Notes under the pieces: generated by a model
The model's input: the letters and a program-made list of their open reading frames with translations, nothing else
Told to the model about the DNA's origin: nothing
Databases searched by the model: none
Part shown: piece after piece, positions 54,432-64,000 of the stretch
Position numbering within the stretch: position 1 is the stretch's first letter
Layout of the letters: every line of letters begins with the position of its first letter
Origin: Octopus vulgaris
Taxonomy: Eukaryota
NCBI GenBank assembly: GCA_951406725.2
Contig: OX597842.1
Span: forward strand, 13,888,001 to 13,952,000
DNA length: 64,000 bases
Direction of reading: 5' to 3'
Position numbers and translations under genes: made by a program

Positions 54432-56098
54432 GAAAAAACGAAACTCGTCAATACGAAATTTTAGCAAAAGATGATGGAATTTGTATAGCAATTAACTGAA
54501 TGCTATTAATATTATTGAAAAAAACCTTATATGATATAACGTCAGAAGTAGCTTATAGAAAGAGCAGGGATATTAATAGTGAAGGTTAAATATAAAGGAA
54601 ATTAAAGTTTAAAATATATATAATGATAGAGACTACTTATATGCACTAAAGGTGCCAATGTTTACATCTGTATGCACGCTCTATTACCGTGTTTACCAGG
54701 GGATTTTTAGAAAAAATAACGAAAAATAGCTCAGAATTACAGAGAAGACAGAATTCCTTGCCTTTGTCATAAGGTATCGAGATTGAGAGAATCAACCATT
54801 CTAAATGAAATTGTTCATTGTGGTCTTTTAGATTCCAAATTTGTTTGCTGAGACCGGTACTATTACGTTTATTTCTATCTCTAAATGTTGAGTAATGGAT
54901 AGAAATTTTTTTAGATAACTCTAATGATGTGCTTCCAATGTAAAATCGTACTTTATTACGTGTACTGATTATACACTGCTATATAGAATTTTTAATCTTA
55001 AAGTTACTTGACATAAACTTAATTCTATTGGAATTGACTTCAGATACAATAACCTTGTTATTAATATTCCTAGAGGGTTGGATAATATTAGCTAAATTAA
55101 TGTTAATATTAGTAACTGTATTAATATTGAACAGTTTGTTATTATGTGAAGAGATAATTTGTAAGATATTTTTTTGTGTTGGAAAACCGATCCTAACCGT
55201 ATGTGAATTGATAATAGAGTAATACCTAGAATTTTTTGGAAAATTCCTAACAATAGCTTGACGAAACAGCAGTGGGAGACCAGATTCAATTTGTCTCCCG
55301 TAGGGAATTATTAACCAAATATTTTTACTAGTATTTATAGCGTAATTGTTTTTGAAAGTGTTATATTTACTTTTAGAACGATACTAGGGGATTAAATATC
55401 ACCCTTCATTCGCTTTGTAGCGGTACATAAGTTATGATTGTTATCAATAATTATTTTACGACTAGAAATCTTATCTACATTATTGAATTTACAATTTGAC
55501 AGAGTAGAATCAATGTAGAAAATTTTCTCTATATAACCTGCTTTAATTAAGGCAGAGTTATAGAATTCAGCATTATAATTGAAAATATAAACATTAGCAG
55601 ATAATTTAGATAATCTATATGAAATATTCTTAACTAAGTTCTTAGTAATTGCTCTAGGATGATTACTAAATTTGCTAATGTACTTAAGATTGGTCAACGG
55701 TTTACGATATGGGAAGTATGAGTCACTGTGTAAATTAAGCGTAATATCCAAAAAGTTGGCCTTCGTCATATCGTCATCAAAAACGATTTTAAGCCCATTC
55801 TACTGACAAATTTAACTAAACAATACTTAACTTTTAGTACCGTTTGGTTGGAAACATTTTGGAGGTAAAGCAAAGACACCTTTAGTGCATATAAGTAGTC
55901 TCTATCATTATATATAATTTAAACTTTAATTTCCTTTATATTTAACCTTCACTATTAATATCCCTGCTCTTTCTGTAAGCAACTTCTGACGTTATATCAT
56001 GCAACGTTTTTTTAAATACTATTAATAGCGTTTAGTTAATTGCTATACAAATCCATAATTATTTGCTAAAATGTCGTATTTTCGAATTTCGTTTTTTC

Positions 56099-56184
56099 AC
56101 TTTCCTGAAGAGAAAATTGCATTGTTTGTAATGTGTATCCTTTTGAATGTTATCAGTGGAATTTTCGAAACATGTGTCGAAAGT
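56099..56184 (+). ncRNA. Type I minimal hammerhead ribozyme (Penelope-associated)
   Basis: Stem I ACUUUC/GAAAGU, core CUGAAGA, stem II GAAAAUU/AAUUUUC, GAAA, short stem III with palindromic ACAUGU, GUC cleavage triplet ending at 56178. Confidence 0.75.
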
Positions 56185-56225
56185 ATAAATATTTGATTTA
56201 CACTGCGTTAAACTCCATTTATTTA

Positions 56226-56269
<44 letters not shown>

Positions 56270-56511
56270 AACTCATGAACTCATGTATACAGTAAATGTT
56301 ACCCGTTAATTTTCATACACCCATAAATCCCAATTCTCAGGAATTGGCCCTCATATTCCAAGACATTCATACAAAAGAGCACACACTTTGGACAGAGGTA
56401 GATAGTGAAGGTAAAGACGTGTGAAGGAGCATAAAATGAAGTATGGGAAGACTTAAACATTTAGAAATATAACGTCCATGAAATACTATAAACAAGAATG
56501 TTTCAACTTAC

Positions 56512-56583
56512 AGTATACTTAAACTCAAAAGATTTTGGAATGTTTCTGCCTTGACTTCCTTGATGTCATTACCATCCAAATCT
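56512..56583 (-). CDS. LRR exon (72 nt): DLDGNDIKEVKAETFQNLLSLSIL
   Basis: Acceptor tttattttacag|, donor |gtaagt; open frame. Confidence 0.88.
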
Positions 56584-57572
56584 CTGTAAAATAAATATTT
56601 AGCTCAGAAGAACTTGTGTGGAAGACACATGTGTAACAGAATAGCTAATCAATTATGACTAAACAATTAAAAGAAAACATGGAATATCAATCACGATGAT
56701 GATAAACTGGATGATGAAAATGATGATGATGATGATGATGATGATGAGCATGAGGATGAAGTTGACTATGATGATGAGGGTGATGACGATGGTGATGATG
56801 ATGACGATGATGATAATTGTGGTGGTGGTGTTGGTGGTGGTTGTGGTAATGATGAATATGTTGACGAGGCAGAGGAGAAGAAAATATGGTGGTGGTGCTG
56901 ATGACGAAGAAGTTATTATGCTGATGATTGAGGTGATGTTGTTAATGTCGATTCTTCTGATAATGATGGGGGTTAGTATGTCTATGATGGTGCCGAGTAT
57001 AATATGGATGATGATAATGTTGTTGGTTGGGATGTTACTGTTAGCGATGACGATGTTTGTGTTGAAGATTCTGCATCTGATCGCGGTGTTTTATGATAAT
57101 TAATGATTTTGATGATGAAACGGGCGGTGAGAAAATTGACGATGATAATTAGAAGGAAAAGGACAGAGGAAAAAGAAGAAGAAGAAAAAGAACAACAACA
57201 TGGAAAAAAAGAAGTAAAGATGATGTTTAAAAATTAGCGTATGAATAATTTAGTTCTGAATAAGCAGCTACAACGATTATACAAGGATGTTATTTAGCGT
57301 CCATCTAGAAATAAAGTTCGTACGTGTCAATATTCTCGCATACCAAGAGATATACATATGCATGCAGTCAGTGTTTTCCCTGATGTATCATGCTCTCATA
57401 TATCCCGTATCACAGAAATGGGTCCACAATCACAATCACCGACATTCATAAACAATGAAATACATCTTTGGAAAGACGGAATTGGGAGCTTAAATGGAAG
57501 GATGAGAAGATGTTGCATATTTAGGAATATACCGTCAATGAAATACTAGAAAAGAACATTGATTCAACTTAC

Positions 57573-57644
57573 AGATATGATAACCTGGAAAGATTACTGA
57601 AGGTTCCTATTTTGATTTCCTGGAGGTTATTATCCCACAAAACC
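57573..57644 (-). CDS. LRR exon (72 nt): VLWDNNLQEIKIGTFSNLSRLSYL
   Basis: Acceptor ttttatgttccag|, donor |gtaagt; open frame. Confidence 0.9.
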
Positions 57645-57765
57645 CTGGAACATAAAATTGAGGAAAGAAGAAATTTTATGTAACAGATTTGACAAAATTT
57701 ATAATATTATGGCTTATCAATTAGATAAAGGTAGAGAGGGAAAAGAAATTACGATCATGATGAAC

Positions 57766-57796
<31 letters not shown>

Positions 57797-58887
57797 TAAT
57801 AATGTTGCGGAGAAGTGATTAATATTATGATTAGGTAGAAGTGAAGAAAATATGGCGTTAGTTTTGATGACGAAGATGTTATGTTGTTGAATGGGGGTGA
57901 TGTTGTTAATGTTGATTACTCTTTTAATGATGGTGATTAGCATGTTTATAGTGATAAGGAGTATGACATTGATGCTGATGATGTTGGTGGTGATATTTCT
58001 CTTGGTGTTGATGACGATGATGTTGAAGATGTTGCATCTGATCGCCATGTTTCATGGTAATGAATGATGTTGACAATGAAGAGAACGATGAAGAACTTGA
58101 TGATGTTGAAGATTGAGGAAGATAAAAATGAAGACAACAATGATGACAGTGATGACAAGAAGGACGAAGACGTCAATAATGAAAGTGGTGGGATTGGGGG
58201 TGATGAACATTTTAGAGATATTATGTGAATGGGGAAACAAGCAAATTATGAAGAAAGCATGTAAAACAGAAAGTGAAAAGCACACCAAAAGGAAAGAAGG
58301 GGAAGGAGAATAAGAACAAGAACATGAAGAACAAGAGGAAGAGGGGGAAGGGTAGGAAGAATAAGATAAAAAAGAAGAGGAAGAAGAAGGAGAAGAAGAG
58401 AAAGAAGGAGAGGGGGAAGTAGAAGAAGAGGAAGGAAAAGAGGAAGAAAGAGAGGAGGTAGGAGAAGAAGAAGAAGAAGAAGAAGAGGAGGAGGGGGAAG
58501 AAGAAGAAGAAGAAGAAGAGGAACAGCAACAACAAACAAAGAGGAAGGAGAAGAAGAATAGGAAGAAGAAGGGAAAGTGGAAGAAGATGAAGTAGAAAAA
58601 GAAGAAGAACAGGAAGAACAGCAACAACAAAAGAAGAGGAAGAAGAAAAAGAAGAGGAAGAAGAAAAAGAAGAGGAAGAAGAAGAGGAAGTGGAAAAAGA
58701 CGAAGTAGAAGAAGAAGAATGAGAGGAAGTAGAAGGAGAAGAAGAAGAAGGAGAAGAAGAAGAAGAACAAGAAGAGGAAGATGAAGATAACAAAAGAATG
58801 TGTTTAAAAATTAGAGAATGAATTATGTAGTTCTAAATATACTTGTATTAGAGAAAGTCTGGAATGGCAATCAGTTTTGATCTAGAG

Positions 58888-61588
58888 TAGTGTCCCTTAA
58901 CCTTTATACTACCAGGAATTAGTCCTTCTTTCCACGAACCCCCTGCATCTATGATTAAAAGTCCCTCCCAGATTTTAAATAAAATATAAACTATGCTTTT
59001 AGTGATTTTCTTTAATACGATTAGTATTAGTATTCTTGAATGCTTGGTTGAATACCAGGGAGTTCACAATGGAAGTTTCTTTCGACGTTCAGCCTGTTTC
59101 TGTACTTGGCTTTGACTGCAACGAGCCTGGAAAATGCAGCCTCACATAGCCTCGTGGATCTACACATAGCTAAAATCCGAAGAATCTGATGTGAGATTAG
59201 AGGCTAAGTAAGAAGGTACTTGATCCATAACGCTTTAAGATCTCCCTTAGCTCAGGGTTTGAACTTCAGCTCAAGAAAGTGCTCTTGCACTTCATGCAAA
59301 TCATCAGTCACTTCACACTGAAATAAGTTCCTGATGAATATCCAAGCTTCACCCTTTTCATCTACATCTGAGAAGCATTTGATGAATTCAATTTTCAAGT
59401 TAGATGAGTGATTATTTGTTTCTTTAACTCAGAATCAAAGTTACCCTGGATGAGAGCAAAATCCAAGTAACTAAAACTGGCTGTATTTCCTCGCTGAATT
59501 CGATATTTTCAGAGATCGAGTTTCATCATGAAGGTTCGAATGATGTCATGGTATGTGAGAATGTTGATGTTTTACCGTTGTAGTTTAAAGTCGGGATCAT
59601 TCTCTAGCATACCTGTCCGCCAGGTATGCTAGAGATAGCTGAAAGCCTTCAGACTAGAAATTGTCATGGAGATCTGCCTTCGGTTGCAAATCTAGAAGTA
59701 TCACTACTTCTCGTCGTTCATTAAGCTGTCCAAGCATGTTCGCTTTTTGATCGCCATCGCACATGCGTGTGAAAAAGCGATGCTTCCTTTCAGAATCCAT
59801 ATCTTTACACAGCAGTTTAAAAAGACGACTGTTTAGGCTCCACCTTTAACAAAGTTGACAACCTTGATAGCCACGTTCAGGAGTTTTCTAATTTCAGTAG
59901 GGAAGGTTTTGGATAGTAAGGCTTCACGATGAAGTATGCAGTGGGTACTACAACAGATGAAGTTTTTTCCTTCACTCTAGCAATGAATCCAGACTGCAAA
60001 CCAAGCATGACCGGAGCTCCATCAGTACACACTTTTACCTGGTCCAGAATTTGATCTTTGATGTTTTCAGACAAGTCGTCGATCCTTCACTTGACTGTAT
60101 CATTTGATAGTGAAATCGGGGAAAGCTTGTATGCACTATCTTTCCCCTGAACGAGTTCTGCTGCATGTAGTAGACTTGGTTTTAGGAGAGACTCTCCGAT
60201 ATTATGGCTCTTCTTGCTCTTTGCAATCAACATGGCGATCTCATAGGAAGTCTCGACAATTATTGAAATTTGTTGCCGAAATGCCCCACTACTGTCAAAC
60301 CTAGCTTGCTTCAAGAAACTTCTTTTTGTTTCAGAGAATGTCTTGAGCTTGTCTGCAAGAGCAGGATGTGTCGTCCTCAAGTGGCATTCCAAGCGTGAGG
60401 GTCGCATTCCATCATTGATCAAAGGTTTGTAACATACCACACACTGGGGAACTTCTGTGTCACCTGTTTAGAGGGACACGAATCCAAATCGAAATATATT
60501 CGTCAAGATACTTCGATTACTCTGCACTCATTGCAAATTATTTCATGTGCAGTGGACAACAGAAATATGTGAACAAAAGGTAAGACACGCGAAAGGTTAT
60601 CTCAAGACCAAGTTGGAACATTTTGAGTAAAAAGTTCTGATTTTTTTTTTTATATTTGGAGTAAAAGAACAGTTATACGAAACATTTGTACAATAAAATG
60701 TTGTAGTTTTTGTACGAAAATATAAAAAAACGTTTCTTGAGAAAAGAACATATTTTGCATAGGTTTTAGTCTTACCTAGTACTTTCTGTAATATTTAAGT
60801 TTGATTTTAGTTTAACATTTGGCTTTATATTATAATTATTTTCTTACGAACGTGTGTACTATATCTTTCACATAAGCATTTAAAATAACAATTTTGGTTT
60901 TATTGCCAATATTTTTTTTCTAATGTGTGTTTTAATTGTTTTGAGACTTTATTAAATTGAGAAATAGTAGAATCTATTATTCCTGTTTTATTTCCTATTT
61001 TTAAATATATAATACTTTTGATCTTCCTAATATTTTAAATAGTTTTCAATTTTTAAAATTAAGTTAATATTTCTTAGTATGTTACTATAATGATTTGATA
61101 ATGTTTCAGCATGTCTCTTGATTTTTAAGAATCACATTATTTCATATATATGAAAACTGTGGATCAAACTTGTTTATAATCTATTAACTGGAAAAGATGT
61201 TAATAGTATCTATGCCTTGTAGCTGGGGTTCTTAACCTGAGACTTGTTGTAACAACACAAAAAATAAAAGGCAAAATTTAAAATGTTAAAATATAGGCAA
61301 ATGTTAAAGCTACAATTCAGAAATAAGTGAGGGTTTTGAAGGATATGAAGAGGGGTCAACAATTACAGAAAATGGTGAGTGGCGCTAAGATAGTAGAATA
61401 AGAAGACTAAGAAGGCGATAATTTTGCATTTTTTCCATAAACTTGTCATTATTTGACCATGTTCTCGTTAAGAAAATAACACATATAATTAGAGAAAACC
61501 CTACTTTTTCGCAAGCGGTCGCGCTCCTTTCAGAGTTACTAACGCACCCTCTGCCCCAGGGAGCGCGCTCCTAGTTTAAGAACCACTG
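58888..61588 (-). mobile_element. Decayed hAT (Buster/Charlie-type) DNA transposon with TIRs and 8-bp TSD
   Basis: TSD atctagag (58880-58887) / atctcgag (61589-61596); TIRs tagtgtcccttaacct / RC cagtggttcttaaact; MRPSRLECHLRTTHP, KSHNIGESLLKP, SLSNDTV, CTDGAPVMLG. Confidence 0.88.
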
Positions 61589-61803
61589 ATCTCGAGGTAA
61601 ACAACGTACATGATATAGACACTGAATTACACACTAATTTTTATACACTCCCATTCACTCATCCATACACCGAGGCAGGTATTTATATATAAACACAGGT
61701 ATGCATTAAATATGCCTCCTCAAGTGTCACACTGATATATATATATACCACCTGTCAGAAATGCTACCACACTCACAGTCACAATCATTCGCAAACATCC
61801 CTT

Positions 61804-61855
<52 letters not shown>

Positions 61856-62602
61856 TACTTTAGATATAGAGGGCTGAGGGTGCTTAAAAGGATGGATGAG
61901 AATATATCAAATATTTAGAAACCTATCGTCAATGAAATCCTGTGAACAAGACTTACACTGTTAATGAATGATGTTGATGATGATGAGGACGATGACGAAA
62001 TTGATGTTGTTGATGATCGATACAGATAACAATGACGACACGAAAGTGATCAGGACGACAACAAAAAAATCGCTATTAATAATGGGGGCGAGGAGGAAGA
62101 GAAGTAATAGAAGAAGAAGAAGAAGAAGAAGAAGAAGATGAAGAAGAGGAAGAAGAGAAAAAAGAAGGAGGAGGAGGAGAACGATGACAACAACAACAAC
62201 AAGTAAAGACTATGTTGAAGCATCAGTGTATGAATAAAATAGTTCTAAATATACAAGCACAAAGAATATTCAAAGATGTTATTTAACGTCGACCTAGATG
62301 TATTCATCGTACATAATATACACACCGTATTACAAACACACGTGTTAATACACTGCCATACACTCATTCATACACAGACATTACATATGCATGCACTAAA
62401 TATTTCTCCTCAAGTATCACACTCGCATATATCCCAAATCTCAGAAATGGGCCCACACTCACATACACACAGATTGAGAAGCAATAAAATACATCTTTAG
62501 AAAGACGGATGTCGGTGCCCTAAATGGAAGGATGGGAAAATATTACAGATTTACAAGTATATCATCAAGGAAATACTATAAAAGGAAACAGATTCAACTT
62601 AC

Positions 62603-62674
62603 AGTCTTGTTAAATTGGACAGATTTTGGAATGTTCCTACTTTTATTTCTTGGATATTATTATCCCTCAAATTC
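62603..62674 (-). CDS. LRR exon (72 nt): NLRDNNIQEIKVGTFQNLSNLTRL
   Basis: Acceptor ttttatgttccag|, donor |gtaagt; open frame. Confidence 0.9.
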
Positions 62675-64000
62675 CTGGAACATAAAATTGAGAAGAAAAG
62701 AAATTTAAGTAACCGATTTGACAGAATGTTAAAGAGAATGGCAAATCAATTCGATGATAGAAGAGATGGAAATCAGATTACGAACGTGAGGAGCTGGTAA
62801 TGACGGTGATGATAATGTTAGTGAGGTGGTATTGATAATAATGAGTCAGGGAAGAAAATTTGGTGGTAGTGACGATGAGGAAATTATGATGTTGATGATG
62901 GGGGTAACGGTGTTGATGTTAATTATTCTAATATTCATGGTGATTGGTGTGTTTCTTCTTCTGATGAGGATGATGTCTGCGGTGGTGTTTCTCTTGGCGA
63001 TGATGAAGATGATGTTGAAGCTTGTTAATAGTGGTGGCGATGAAGATGATAGTGTTGAAGATCCTGGATCTGATAGGAGTAATTTGCGAAAATAAATGAT
63101 ATTGATGATGATAAGGGCAATGATGAATTCGGCGATGGTTATTACTGAGGAGGAAGTGGAAGAGGAAGAAATGAAGAAGATGGTGGGCGGGGAAGTCAGA
63201 TATGAATATAAAGATGAAACAAAGGAGATGAAAATATTATGAGACTTCATAACAAGGATCTTATGATGCAGATGATGGGGAGATGATGTTCATTTTCATT
63301 CTTATGATAACGATGCGGATTCGCAGCTTTTGTTGTGATGATGGATATGTCTAGAAGAATAAGAATAAGTACGAGAAGACAAGGAAGGGCAGGAGGAAGA
63401 ATAATAACAAAATTCTAATTCGAACGATAGCTGAAGAAGAAGAAGAAGAAGAAGAAAGGAGAAGAAGAAGAAGAAGAAGAAGGAGAAGAAGTAGAAGAAG
63501 ATGAAGAAGGAGAAGAAGAAGGAGAAGAAGAAGACAAAGGAGAAGAAAGAACAAGGAGAAAAGTAAAAAAGAAGAAAAAAAGGAGAAGAAGAAGCAGAAG
63601 AAAAAAGAAGGAGGAGGAGAAGAAGAAGTGGAAGGAGAAGAAGAGGAAGAAGAAAGAAGAAGAAGAAGAAGAAGAAGAAGAAGAAGAAGGAGAAAAAGAA
63701 GAAGGAGAAGAAGAAGGAGAAAAAGAAGAAGGAGAAGAAGGAGAAGAAGAAGAAGAAGAAAGAAGAAGAAGAAGAAAAGGAAGAAGAAGAACAACAACAA
63801 CAACAACACACGCAACAAGTAGGAGATGTGTTCAGAAAAGTGCGTATGAAACCTCTGGTGCTAAATACACAAACTGAAGTGTTATTCAAGGCAGTTACTC
63901 AGCATCGATCTAAAGGTAAACGCCGTACACATTATACACACATGCTAATATAATATTATACACACATGATAACAAACTCGTCCTTAGACAGAGACACGTA

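Larger units (their letters stand above)
54297..56231 (-). mobile_element. Penelope-like element fragment bounded by ~360-bp inverted repeats (54297-54655 / 55877-56231)
   Basis: FLDITLNL...PYRKP...YISKFSNHP (RT thumb) and YIGSTS (GIY-YIG) on the minus strand; arms are reverse complements. Confidence 0.82.

Overview
AT-rich, repeat-dense animal genomic DNA. Its tRNA-derived SINEs resemble octopus/cephalopod SINE families, so it is probably Octopus (inference). Almost all ORF-track entries are translations of microsatellites or decayed transposons. The ORF track misses the real gene: the window lies inside a minus-strand leucine-rich-repeat (LRR) gene. Ten intact 72-nt, phase-2/phase-2 exons with canonical CAG/GT splice sites each encode one 24-aa LRR. 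Most sit in recognisably homologous intron+exon modules that were serially duplicated, and some sister modules have lost their exon. The ~24 kb intron holds a head-to-tail train of L1/Tx1-type retrotransposons in which ORF1-only 'half' elements alternate with ORF1+ORF2 elements and share a 3' tail and junction motif. The same intron holds a Penelope-like element with inverted terminal repeats, each carrying a hammerhead ribozyme fold. Mariner/Tc1, hAT (Buster/Charlie), non-autonomous Helitrons, CR1-group LINE and SINE relics fill the rest. All coordinates and identities were read by eye; no database search was run.
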